A stretch of 64,000 nt of DNA, taken from an uncultured virus (IMG/VR IMGVR_UViG_3300031993_000054). Its lineage: Duplodnaviria; Heunggongvirae; Uroviricota; Caudoviricetes. How positions within the stretch are numbered: the first letter of the stretch is position 1; each line of letters begins with the position of its first letter. The position numbers and the translations under genes are program-made. The notes beneath the pieces were generated by a model. That model did no database searches. It saw nothing but the letters and a program-made list of their open reading frames with translations, and was not told the origin of the DNA. This document shows positions 28,307-37,149 of this stretch, one piece after another. The stretch lies in the IMG/VR virus record IMGVR_UViG_3300031993_000054. One strand, given 5' to 3'.

Positions 28307-28851
28307 CCAACGAAACAGGGTGGAAGCGGGCGCTCAATGCGGCCCGCCGCACCATCGGGAAGGAGCCTATCGACAAGGAGCCGTCCCGCGAGTTCAAACT
28401 GCGCAGCCTCTACGCCGAGCACAGCCACATCAAACTGGTCGAGTACCTTGTGGCCTTCAAAGACTTGAAGCAGTGGATCGGCGTCCATCTGCTCCGGCAT
28501 CCGTTCATCCTGCCGTTCATCCACTCTCAGAGGGACGACCGCAGGGCCAATCCGGTCCCCCGTGACCAGATGCCCCAGGGCAGTCTCAACGACCAGGATT
28601 TCGTCATCAACGCCCAGGCAATGATCAACATGTCTCGCAAGCGCCTCTGCGGATGCGCAAGCAAGGAGACCAGAGAAGCCTGGCAGTTGGTGAAGGCCGA
28701 GATGGAGAAGGTGGATCCGGAGATGGCGCAGGTGATGGTCCGGCAGTGCGTGTACCGGGGCTTCTGTCCCGAGATGAAGTGCTGCGGATATTGCAACACG
28801 GAAGCCTTCCGGAAGGAGGTCGAAGCCTACCGAGCCGGAAAGCCACAGTAA
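28288..28851 (+). CDS. thyX: ThyX-like (flavin-dependent thymidylate synthase fold) protein
   Basis: AEHSHI, HLLRH, SQRDDR, NAQAMINMSRKRLC...ETR. Confidence 0.65.
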   Translation: MPTVKVTNETGWKRALNAARRTIGKEPIDKEPSREFKLRSLYAEHSHIKLVEYLVAFKDLKQWIGVHLLRHPFILPFIHSQRDDRRANPVPRDQMPQGSLNDQDFVINAQAMINMSRKRLCGCASKETREAWQLVKAEMEKVDPEMAQVMVRQCVYRGFCPEMKCCGYCNTEAFRKEVEAYRAGKPQ

Positions 28852-28854
28852 AAG

Positions 28855-28891
28855 AAAGCCCCGCAGGAAACCGCTAACCTACGGGGCTTTT
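28855..28891. terminator. bidirectional intrinsic terminator between convergent arms
   Basis: AAAGCCCCG...CGGGGCTTTT. Confidence 0.75.
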
Positions 28892-28892
28892 G

Positions 28893-29390
28893 CTACCGGT
28901 TAAGGTAGCCCCACACTTTCTCTGACCCGAAGGGATTGTCATCGTCCTTGAGCCAGTTCAACGTCAATTCCACGAACTTCTTGTCCATGTCCTCCGGCGT
29001 TGCGTCCGGGAACCACTTCCGCATGAGCGGGCAGTTGTCGGACTTGACCATCTGGAGGGCCACGTAGAAGTCCCAGAAGTTATATGCCTTAGGCACCTCA
29101 GCCTTGACAGAATTGTACACCTCGCGCACCTGCTCATCGGTCCAGTAGGGCGCGTATTTCTTTTGGCCGTCAGTGTCGATGTAGTACATCTTCCTGACGT
29201 CCTCTTTGGCGAAAGCCTCGTCATAGTGACCGCCGGCCATCTCACCGTAGAGACGCCGCATAAGAGCCGTTCTGGTAGCCTCGTCCATGTGTTTCTCCAT
29301 CTCGTCGGAGATGATCTCCACGGACTTCCACATCATCGCTTCGCCCTTCCCTTCGCCATATTTCTTGATGAATTGTAAGAGTGATTCCAT
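28893..29390 (-). CDS. hypothetical protein
   Basis: MESLLQFIKKYG...YNFWDFYVALQM...WLKDDD. Confidence 0.7.
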   Translation of the reverse strand: MESLLQFIKKYGEGKGEAMMWKSVEIISDEMEKHMDEATRTALMRRLYGEMAGGHYDEAFAKEDVRKMYYIDTDGQKKYAPYWTDEQVREVYNSVKAEVPKAYNFWDFYVALQMVKSDNCPLMRKWFPDATPEDMDKKFVELTLNWLKDDDNPFGSEKVWGYLNR

Positions 29391-29392
29391 GT

Positions 29393-29866
29393 CTATTTCG
29401 TTTTGATTGCCTTGATGAGTTCCGACATCCGGTTCAGCATCTCCTGGTTGGTCTTCTCCAGGGAGGAGATGCGGGTTTCCATAGCCTGCCGCTCCTTGGC
29501 CACCGGGTCCATGTCGGATATGATTGAGTCGCACTTCGCGATGATTTCCTTCTGGCGGTCAACCATCTTGAGTGCGGATTCTGCCTGGCCCTTGATGCCC
29601 TGCAATTCGCGCAGGACGACCTCGCGGTTAGGCGTGAGCAAGAGTCCCTCTACGGTCCCGAACTCGGCTCCCTCGGCGAAGACATAAGCCTTCTTGACGC
29701 CATTGACGTCAATGGTGACATCGACGACCATAGAAGGCGGATTGCCCAGCATCTTAGAATCGAAGTGGGGCTGACTGACGGATACGACGGAACATTGGCC
29801 GACTGAGACGTTGAGCCGGTCCAGGACGTAGAGTTGTGTTCCTTGTGTTACTTCTCTGAATATCAT
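29393..29866 (-). CDS. hypothetical protein with C-terminal coiled coil
   Basis: 157-aa ORF. Confidence 0.7.
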   Translation of the reverse strand: MIFREVTQGTQLYVLDRLNVSVGQCSVVSVSQPHFDSKMLGNPPSMVVDVTIDVNGVKKAYVFAEGAEFGTVEGLLLTPNREVVLRELQGIKGQAESALKMVDRQKEIIAKCDSIISDMDPVAKERQAMETRISSLEKTNQEMLNRMSELIKAIKTK

Positions 29867-29926
29867 GATTGTTCGGTTTTTTGGTTAAAAAAAGGGAGGG
29901 AGCGCCGGTGCCCCCTCCCGGGCCGG

Positions 29927-30631
29927 TTACGCCGAGGTCGTCGGAGTGGTGGTCTTGAGTGCGGCGATGAGGGCGTTCGTCTGGTTGAGACGGCCGATCT
30001 CGTCGCGCAACTGCTGGATGGTGGTCTGCTGCTCCAGATTCCAGTGGTTGTTCAGCACGTCGATGATCTTCTGCGTGTTGGCAGTGGAGGTCTCCTTGAT
30101 GTCGCAGGCATCGCGCTCGGCCTGGAAGCCGAGGGTCATGCCCAGCTGCTGCATCGTGTTCTGGAGTCCCTGGGACTGCTGGAGGATGGCGTTGGTCTGC
30201 TGGCAGTTGGCCAGTCGGTTCTCGAAACCGCTTTCGAGGATGGCCGACTTGCAGTCGCAACAACCCTGCTGGAAGGTGGAACCGAGGGCGTTGATGGCCG
30301 CGTTCAGACCGGTGGCAGCGTTGCCGCTGGATGCGGCAAGTGCGCCGATGGCATCCATCATGGCGCCATTGGCCGCGTTATCAGCGATCTGAGACTGGAT
30401 GGAGGCCAGTTGGGCCTGAACGGCATTGTTGTTGCCGTTGTTCCCAAACAGGCCGTTACCTCCAAGGCCGGCACCGATGACACCGCCGATGAGCAGTGAC
30501 ACCAGGTCGCCAGCACCGTCGCCACCAAACCAACCACCACCATTACCCCTGGCCATCAGAGCGGCAGTCAGGGCGTCGTTGCCCCCACGGCCGTCCGTAT
30601 AGACCTTAACCGGAGTCATTTCTTCTGTCAT
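29927..30631 (-). CDS. Gly/Asn/Ala-rich hypothetical protein with CC motif
   Basis: GGGWFGG, QQGCCDCK, coiled C-terminus. Confidence 0.75.
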   Translation of the reverse strand: MTEEMTPVKVYTDGRGGNDALTAALMARGNGGGWFGGDGAGDLVSLLIGGVIGAGLGGNGLFGNNGNNNAVQAQLASIQSQIADNAANGAMMDAIGALAASSGNAATGLNAAINALGSTFQQGCCDCKSAILESGFENRLANCQQTNAILQQSQGLQNTMQQLGMTLGFQAERDACDIKETSTANTQKIIDVLNNHWNLEQQTTIQQLRDEIGRLNQTNALIAALKTTTPTTSA

Positions 30632-30749
30632 GGCTGATAGGTATTAAACGTTAAACTTTGGACTTGTGGTATCAGAACCACAGTGCAAAGTTCACGAAAA
30701 AGCCCACCCCGATGAAGGAGTGGGCGAAATAAAGATAAGCCGCTGACTA

Positions 30750-31030
30750 TCAGTGATGTTTTGTCCAGTTCTTAGGTACAAGTTTGTGGAAGACGTTGAA
30801 GGAGTACATGCTGACGTTCCTCCTGTCATCTTGCGCTTGATGATGCCGTTGACAGCGGCCTTCGATTTGCCGTAGTGCTCGGCCAACTCGTCGGATGTGG
30901 CCCAGATTGGAAGGTTTTCTGAAAGGACGCGGTACATGGCATCCGTCTGCTCCTTGGTGCAATCACCGCGCTTGAATTTTGCGCGAAGGAGGTCAAACAC
31001 CTCCAGGATGAAATCGGTTTTCTCGTCCAT
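30750..31030 (-). CDS. hypothetical DNA-binding protein, probable frame break near 30825
   Basis: N-part MDEKTDF...KRKM; C-part RRNVSMYSF...W in a second frame. Confidence 0.45.
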
Positions 31031-31428
31031 TATCTGAAAAAGACTTTGTAGGCCGCAATCAGAAGCAATACAGTCATAACAATAATCACCGCGTTAATAA
31101 TGTATGCTTCCGATACGGTCAGGGTTATGATATAGCAATCAATAAAGCCCACAATTTGCGGAATTGCGGGAAGAATACATGCTGTCTTGTGCCATTTACA
31201 AAGGCGGAGGAGTTTGGATAGAATTAAAAACGCAACGATACAAACAGGGGAAATGTAGAACAGTGTATCAAGTTGCGATTGGGCCTCCTCCGGAATGAAA
31301 TTATAGACAGACAGAGTGACGATGCTGAGCGCTGAATAGACGAAAGGAAGAACTTGCACCGCTGTTGTTACACGGCGCAACGTATCAACGAGTCTTTTAA
31401 GATCTGCTCTTCGGTCTTGGTTGTCCAT
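31030..31428 (-). CDS. membrane protein (AT-richer)
   Basis: 3-4 hydrophobic segments. Confidence 0.65.
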   Translation of the reverse strand: MDNQDRRADLKRLVDTLRRVTTAVQVLPFVYSALSIVTLSVYNFIPEEAQSQLDTLFYISPVCIVAFLILSKLLRLCKWHKTACILPAIPQIVGFIDCYIITLTVSEAYIINAVIIVMTVLLLIAAYKVFFR

Positions 31429-31588
31429 TCTGCGTAGTCTCTACCCTTACGGTCAACTGCGCCTTTGTCTGGAACATCCTTTTTCCTTTTGGCTTCCCAG
31501 CGGCGCCGGTGACACGAATAGTGCTACTTGCAACTTTCGTGCCACTCTTGCCGGACCTTGCCGTTATTTTGACGCCTGCTTTACCCAT
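31397..31588 (-). CDS. small basic hypothetical protein
   Basis: 63-aa K/R-rich ORF. Confidence 0.4.
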   Translation of the reverse strand: MGKAGVKITARSGKSGTKVASSTIRVTGAAGKPKGKRMFQTKAQLTVRVETTQNGQPRPKSRS

Positions 31589-32232
31589 TACCTAAGAATC
31601 AGATTGTAGGAGGCCGTAAACTCGGCCGAGAAGCCATGCTGGAAGGATTTGTCGGCGAATGTCATGCCGTAGCCGACGGACGGCGAGAACTGCCAGCGCC
31701 CGGACCAGAAGTCCGCCCGGATGCCGGCCCCCAGGTAGAACGTGCCTGGAAGGTAAAGGCGGCCGCCCACGAAGGGAGACAGCGCAAACTTCGGAGGGAC
31801 CGGATAGGTGTCTGTGATGTACTTCGTCTCCTGGAAGGACTTGTGCCAAAGCATCTTCACGTCATACCCGGTCGCCTCACATTCGTAGGTCTTGTTGTCC
31901 GTGAAGTGATACCTGGATATCGGGACGGCGATGTAAGAGGTGTCGTGGTACGTGATGATCTTCGGCTTTGCAGACAGAGAATCGCGGAACTCGGCCAGGG
32001 CCTTCTCGTAATCCTCGATCTGAGAAACGGGGACGAGTTTGAAACCGGCCGGAATTGACGTCTCCTGGGGCTTGTAGTCGGTTATCGTGTCGCGGATGGT
32101 AACAGTGTCCTTCTGCGGCACGGGAATGTTCCTGAGCGCGTTTCTGCGCCCAGAAAGGAAACCTGCCCCGAAAAGCAGGAGCAGGATTCCAAGGAAGAGG
32201 AGAAATTCTTTTATGGTCTCTTTGCTGAGCAT
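31588..32232 (-). CDS. membrane-anchored lysis-module protein (possible spanin-like)
   Basis: N-terminal TM, DT-rich stalk, C-terminal beta strands; next to endolysin. Confidence 0.55.
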   Translation of the reverse strand: MLSKETIKEFLLFLGILLLLFGAGFLSGRRNALRNIPVPQKDTVTIRDTITDYKPQETSIPAGFKLVPVSQIEDYEKALAEFRDSLSAKPKIITYHDTSYIAVPISRYHFTDNKTYECEATGYDVKMLWHKSFQETKYITDTYPVPPKFALSPFVGGRLYLPGTFYLGAGIRADFWSGRWQFSPSVGYGMTFADKSFQHGFSAEFTASYNLILR

Positions 32233-32759
32233 ATAGCCATAGGAAATTCAGACCGGACGTCAAAGCAAGGGCAGTCCTTGATCCACTCGTTCCTGGTGAT
32301 CTTACCGTCTCCGTTTTTGTCCGGTGACGCATCGCGGTGGCCAATGACCTCCTTGATGTTCGGATATTTGTCCAGGAGTTCAAAGACGAGTTTGTGGAGG
32401 GCCATCTTCTGAGCAGGCGTGCGCGTGTCCTTCGGAATGGCGTGGCCCCTTGCATTGAGTTTCGGAACGATGACGCCCTTACTGTTCTTCTCCCCTTCAA
32501 CACCGCCGATGTAGCAGATGCCGATGGAGTGAGAATTGTAAGGCCGGCCGGATACTCCGTTCGTGTTGCAGTGGGCGCCGGAGATGGTGAGAGGGCGGCC
32601 TACGCGAACCGTGCCATCCAGTTCGATGACATAGTTGTAGCCGACCATCTTCCAACCCTTCGCCTTGTGCATCGCGTCGATGTCTTCCAGCGTCACTTCC
32701 CGGCCCTCTGGAGTGGCCGAGCAGTGGATGACGATGGCGTCAATGTCTTCCGGTCTCAT
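32211..32759 (-). CDS. endolysin, N-acetylmuramoyl-L-alanine amidase (Amidase_2)
   Basis: IVIHCSAT, GAHC, SIGICYIGG, GHRD, KDCPCFDV. Confidence 0.95.
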   Translation of the reverse strand: MRPEDIDAIVIHCSATPEGREVTLEDIDAMHKAKGWKMVGYNYVIELDGTVRVGRPLTISGAHCNTNGVSGRPYNSHSIGICYIGGVEGEKNSKGVIVPKLNARGHAIPKDTRTPAQKMALHKLVFELLDKYPNIKEVIGHRDASPDKNGDGKITRNEWIKDCPCFDVRSEFPMAICSAKRP

Positions 32760-32932
32760 TAGTTGATAAGATTGTTAAAGAATTTCTTGGCCGTCGGGAA
32801 GGCCATCACGGCCAGCACAACGACACAGACAGCGATGAACCAGGCTTTGCAGTAGGCTGCGTAGCCAAAGCCGCCGATGGCGCCCACAGCGTAGGCGAAC
32901 AGGGCGAAGAAGTAACCGAATTTTTTGAGCAT
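32759..32932 (-). CDS. small two-TM protein, possible holin
   Basis: MLKKFGYFFALF...; directly upstream of endolysin. Confidence 0.55.
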   Translation of the reverse strand: MLKKFGYFFALFAYAVGAIGGFGYAAYCKAWFIAVCVVVLAVMAFPTAKKFFNNLIN

Positions 32933-32940
32933 AGTTGAGA

Positions 32941-33237
32941 TTATTTGATGAATGGCCAGACCAGCGTGCCGATGACGCAGTAAAGCCACTCGGGTTTGTC
33001 GCAGGGGTTGTCGAAATCACAATCCTTCGTCTGGCTCCGCTTGTAGTGGAGACCATAGAGGGCATTGTGAGTCGCCCACTCCTTTTTCAGGGAATTGTCC
33101 GTCCGCTCGAAGATCTTCTTCTTTCCGTGGATGGACTTGATTTGGTTGAGCGTCTTCTGGAAATCCGCTTTCGGAACAGTGTAACTGTCGTAGATGGTCA
33201 GGACCGAGCCGTCCTCGCTGAATTTGTACTTTACCAT
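32941..33237 (-). CDS. hypothetical protein
   Basis: 98-aa ORF. Confidence 0.65.
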   Translation of the reverse strand: MVKYKFSEDGSVLTIYDSYTVPKADFQKTLNQIKSIHGKKKIFERTDNSLKKEWATHNALYGLHYKRSQTKDCDFDNPCDKPEWLYCVIGTLVWPFIK

Positions 33238-33352
33238 AGTTTATGCGATTTTTAGGATGGAATCGTGGTCGCGAGGTTGAATGTAAGACACAACAGAGCG
33301 GCATCGTACCCAACAATGTTGAGTACGGTGCCAGGCTCCATCTTAATAGGTT

Positions 33353-34822
33353 TTACAGTGACGTCCATGAAGATCCTCCGTTTGTTGTCTTCTGTATGCC
33401 AGTATTTGTGATTCTCAGTCCATAGTTCTCATTCATCATCTGGATGTAGTTGTAACCACCAGAGAGATATACGGTAAAGTACACGTTGGAAGCAAGAGCT
33501 ACACGGAAGCCGTTGTTGGCAATCTCCACCTTGCGGATTGACGTCGCCCAGGAAATGCTGTTAGACGTAATCGTTCCGCTAATACTCGCCCACAACTCAT
33601 CATTTCCTCCAAGTCGGTCGCAGTTGAGCGGCATAACGGACAACTTGATAGCAATCGTATGCGAGCCGGCACCAAGCGTTATGACACGCTCAGGAAGCAA
33701 AAGATTTGCCGTCGGATTTGCGTCGTTGTGGGTCGCTTGTATAACGGTGTTGTTCATCCCATAGGAAACACCGTCAATCAGCCACTCGGCCTGGAACAAA
33801 ACATACTGATCTTCTCCTTGCTGGCTTACAAAATCATACGTCAAAGAGCAACTCATGTACTTCGACGGCAGTTTCAACACCATGTCGTCATAAATCGTCC
33901 TCGTGGCGATAGTTGTTGTTGCCGTTGTCCAAGTTTCAGGCGTTGAAGACCTGGTGTACATGCCTCCAGCACTCGGATTCTTGTTCGTAGAAGGGTCGCT
34001 ATACGTTGTTCCGGAAATACTCGAAAGAGAACCGCCGTGGATCTTCATTCGCTCATCACCGTCGCTATTAAACAACTGCAAGACGTTCCCAAGCATCTGG
34101 AGGAAACCGTTCGAGTTCTCAGTGGTGATTTCCTTCGCTTTCAGGCTCTTGGTGTTGAGTTGATTGATGAAGGCCGATTGGGCAACAAGGTTCGTAATGA
34201 AAGCCTCGCTGGCAGACAGTTCCTGCACGTCTATGGCATCAGCCTTGATCCTCTTGGCCAGCACGAGTGCCGTCACAATCGGCTTCATGGCGTTGTACGC
34301 ACTCCATGCGGCATTAGACTGCCCGGAGGACGGAAGCGCGTAGATGTTCTGGGCTGCTACGGTAGTGTTGCCGGAAGTGTGGGTCTTTAAGCAGAGGAAT
34401 ACATCCGGCGGATTGTTCGGGTCCGTGGCAGGATCCCAGATGGTGATATCATCGCGATACACTACATCAACGATGCCACGGCCCTGAGAGTCGCGGTAGA
34501 ACGGGTTGTTGTCGTTCCGGTACTCCACGCCGGACGCCCACTTGGAATAGCGATAGGAAAGGCCGGCATCACCTTTTACTCCCACAACACCCGGAGTCGT
34601 GTCGGCATAGGACCCGTCGGAATAGACGGTATGAGTGTACTTCCAGAGGTACTTGTTGGTATCAGTGAAGGCAGGAGGCGTATTCGCAGTCCAGGAGGTC
34701 GGCGCCGTAGTGGCAGACGAGGAAACGGCATAGTAGTCCGTCTGAGACACTATGCCCTTTCCGTTCTGTCCTTTACGTGCCCGGGTGACAGTTTGTGAAC
34801 CCTTGACCTTTGCTGTCGGCAT
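33353..34822 (-). CDS. putative tail fibre / minor tail protein
   Basis: T/S/N-rich, YLWKYTHTVYSDG motif, coiled segment; tail-module position. Confidence 0.65.
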   Translation of the reverse strand: MPTAKVKGSQTVTRARKGQNGKGIVSQTDYYAVSSSATTAPTSWTANTPPAFTDTNKYLWKYTHTVYSDGSYADTTPGVVGVKGDAGLSYRYSKWASGVEYRNDNNPFYRDSQGRGIVDVVYRDDITIWDPATDPNNPPDVFLCLKTHTSGNTTVAAQNIYALPSSGQSNAAWSAYNAMKPIVTALVLAKRIKADAIDVQELSASEAFITNLVAQSAFINQLNTKSLKAKEITTENSNGFLQMLGNVLQLFNSDGDERMKIHGGSLSSISGTTYSDPSTNKNPSAGGMYTRSSTPETWTTATTTIATRTIYDDMVLKLPSKYMSCSLTYDFVSQQGEDQYVLFQAEWLIDGVSYGMNNTVIQATHNDANPTANLLLPERVITLGAGSHTIAIKLSVMPLNCDRLGGNDELWASISGTITSNSISWATSIRKVEIANNGFRVALASNVYFTVYLSGGYNYIQMMNENYGLRITNTGIQKTTNGGSSWTSL

Positions 34823-34825
34823 ACC

Positions 34826-35182
34826 TTATTCCTCCACTTCTTCGATCGGATCGGTGACGGTGTGAGCAATCTGCTTGGCCTTCACCCGCCACGCCTTGAA
34901 GGCTTCCAGATCTGCCTCGTGCTCAGGCGTATCGGCGCCATTGGCCAGGATGGCCTCTACGGCGTCAGCGGAGAACCGGTCGCGGACGATGGCGGACACC
35001 ACACGGCCATAGTCGATGGCACCTACGATGTCCACGTTCTCGCACACCAACTGCTCGACGGTCTCACCGTCGATGGTCTTGGTGATGTGCTCATAGTCGA
35101 AGTAGATGCGGGTGATGGTGCCCTCTTTTACCACAACGACGCCAGCGGGGACTTCCCCGTTGTAATCAGCATAAACTTTCAT
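34826..35182 (-). CDS. hypothetical protein downstream of DGR RT
   Basis: 118-aa ORF, ATGA overlap. Confidence 0.65.
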   Translation of the reverse strand: MKVYADYNGEVPAGVVVVKEGTITRIYFDYEHITKTIDGETVEQLVCENVDIVGAIDYGRVVSAIVRDRFSADAVEAILANGADTPEHEADLEAFKAWRVKAKQIAHTVTDPIEEVEE

Positions 35183-35787
35183 AAGTCTATAAATTTGTAA
35201 GTGAATTTTCCTCTTCCGAGATCTACGCGGGTGATGCCGATGCCGTCAACCGGAAAGACGGTCTTTCCGCTTTCCTCGGCCTTCCGGCACTCGTCCAGGA
35301 TGTTCTTCATCTGGAACGAACTGACAGTGAACTTAATCTTCTCACCGTCCTCCTTCTGGACCATGACCATGTAGCGGTCGTAGTTCATCTTGGACGGATT
35401 GTGGATATCCGGCGTCGGTATGTTGGACTCAAAATCAAGGATAGTGAGGCGCTGATTCAGCACCTCCATGATGGTCCCCTTGCGGCACTCGAAGAACTTC
35501 TTACCGTCCTTCGTGCTGGCCTGCTCGATAGATATTCCCTTGTCGGCGAATCCCATAGGTTTTCCTGTTATCGTTTCCCAGAGATGGCTGCATCGTCCGT
35601 ACATGCACCAGCCCTTGTAACTGTCAATAATTTGTTTTCTTCTTTTTCGGCTTTTGACGCGGGCCATGCTCCTTGCGAATTTTTGCTTTATCGACTTTCG
35701 GAGTTTCTGATTGTCCCTGCTGAACTGATACCCCAGAAAGTCGAGGCTTCGGCCCCCTCTGCCTCCTTCTTCTTTTCTTTTTGCCAT
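35179..35787 (-). CDS. DGR reverse transcriptase segment 3 (LDFLGY and thumb) fused in frame to a ~125-aa accessory domain
   Basis: SLDFLGYQF...LRKSIK...SYKGW...LW, then MGFADKGI (ATG 35556) with no stop between. Confidence 0.8.
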   Translation of the reverse strand: MAKRKEEGGRGGRSLDFLGYQFSRDNQKLRKSIKQKFARSMARVKSRKRRKQIIDSYKGWCMYGRCSHLWETITGKPMGFADKGISIEQASTKDGKKFFECRKGTIMEVLNQRLTILDFESNIPTPDIHNPSKMNYDRYMVMVQKEDGEKIKFTVSSFQMKNILDECRKAEESGKTVFPVDGIGITRVDLGRGKFTYKFIDL

Positions 35788-36043
35788 AGCCCTTAATCGC
35801 GCCGTAGTATGCGTTGGCCTTCACTACCATTCCCCGCTCTTCGGCCAGGCGATTGTACACGTTGAGAAGGAATCTTACCTCCTGCCTTGACCGGCCGAAA
35901 ATCACCAGGTCGTCGCAGTTCCGTTCGATCTTTGCCCCGTACTTTTCTGTGAGGATGTGGTCTATCTCTAAATGGCCGAGGTTCCCAATCATCCCGCTGA
36001 TGTACGAGCCAATTCGTACCCCTCTTCTTCTTTTCGCACTCAT
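35624..36043 (-). CDS. DGR reverse transcriptase segment 2 (palm)
   Basis: GVRIGSYISG (GxPIG-like) and RNCDD (YxDD equivalent). Confidence 0.85.
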   Translation of the reverse strand: MSAKRRRGVRIGSYISGMIGNLGHLEIDHILTEKYGAKIERNCDDLVIFGRSRQEVRFLLNVYNRLAEERGMVVKANAYYGAIKGYGKKKRRRRQRGPKPRLSGVSVQQGQSETPKVDKAKIRKEHGPRQKPKKKKTNY

Positions 36044-36620
36044 TGGCCACCATCTCGATTATTTCGTCCCCACAGTCGTAGTCCAGCACGCATATCTCAA
36101 TAAGCCGTATAAATTTCTCGTCCTTGAACCAGTGTCGGAACACCTTTACCAAGTAATCAGAATCCAGATTCTGATAGTATTTCTTGCAGTCGGACTGGGC
36201 CGCGTAGTGGTGGTCTGGATACCGCCGCATGATCCGCTTCACCCTCCTTACACCGTACAGGCATCCTCTTCCTCGGATGCAACTGGACGTGTCTGCAATC
36301 ATCTTTTTGTTGATGTAGGGTTCGATGATCTGCATGATTGCGTGGGCGATTATCTTCCACGGGTCATACGTCTCATCTTCCAAATCCCGGATTTTGTCCC
36401 GGTCCGCTCGGCGCTGCATCTTCCGGCTCTTGTGCTCAGGAAAATCCAGATTCAGAATCTGGTACTTTATCCTTTTCACCGTCCCCTTCACGTCAGCGTT
36501 CACGGCCCGAATCTGGGCGGATCTCTTGGCCTTCCCACCGCGCTGGGAGCGCTTGATGGCTAACTCCAAGTTATCCTCGTCGGCTACCTTCTCCAGGATG
36601 TGCCCTATCTTTTTCGTCAT
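35793..36620 (-). CDS. DGR reverse transcriptase segment 1 (fingers)
   Basis: NLELA, KIRDL, HAIMQIIEP, SCIRGRG, SDCKKYY, KDEKFIRL. Confidence 0.88.
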   Translation of the reverse strand: MTKKIGHILEKVADEDNLELAIKRSQRGGKAKRSAQIRAVNADVKGTVKRIKYQILNLDFPEHKSRKMQRRADRDKIRDLEDETYDPWKIIAHAIMQIIEPYINKKMIADTSSCIRGRGCLYGVRRVKRIMRRYPDHHYAAQSDCKKYYQNLDSDYLVKVFRHWFKDEKFIRLIEICVLDYDCGDEIIEMVANECEKKKRGTNWLVHQRDDWEPRPFRDRPHPHRKVRGKDRTELRRPGDFRPVKAGGKIPSQRVQSPGRRAGNGSEGQRILRRD

Positions 36621-36621
36621 A

Positions 36622-36652
36622 CAAATATACGCATTTTTTTATTCCCTGCAAT
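36622..36652 (-). promoter_or_regulatory. Bacteroidota-type promoter abutting RT start
   Basis: ATTG-N19-TATATTTG, 1 nt before ATG. Confidence 0.5.
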
Positions 36653-36903
36653 AGTGATACCGCCCGGGACGTTCGAGAGTGGCCATCGGGGAGGAACTTC
36701 AACGCTCACAATGCGCTTACTTACGCCCTCCAACACGCTCGGCCAAACCTACATTAGCCCCGCTCGCAAGCCCATACCTCCGGGCTGCTCTCCCGCATAC
36801 GAGATGTTCTGACTCGCCGGCGCGACCTGCCGCCGGGGTCAAGGCTGAGGGGGTTCGCCGGCCGGTGTCTATCCGGCAAGGCGATGAACAGGGTATTTCA
36901 CTT

Positions 36904-37014
36904 TGTATGGCGGGCGCCGATGTTCGAGTTCGCGTTCGACCAGGCGTTGTTCGAGTTCACGTAGAGCGGCCCCGACTTCGACCCGTTATTCGAGTTACCG
37001 CCGACCAGGCAGAC
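36904..37014 (-). repeat. DGR template repeat (TR)
   Basis: Intergenic, AAC-rich (25 A in 111 nt); matches VR1 and VR2 at every non-A position. Confidence 0.97.
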
Positions 37015-37149
37015 CGAGAGAACTGGAACCACCGAGCGTACTATACCCCCTCCTACCTACCACCATATCGGGCGCGGTTGCAGCCGCTTTGGGGCGACTG
37101 CCCCGCGCTTCCGAGGTGGATTTTTATTGGTAAAGGTATTTCAAAGAAC

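Noticed and set aside
35179..36620. Group II intron, retron, or simply a dead RT pseudogene
   Set aside because: The adjacent TR/VR with adenine-only mismatches identifies a DGR. The shared junction motif and clean VRs argue against simple decay, though it is not excluded.
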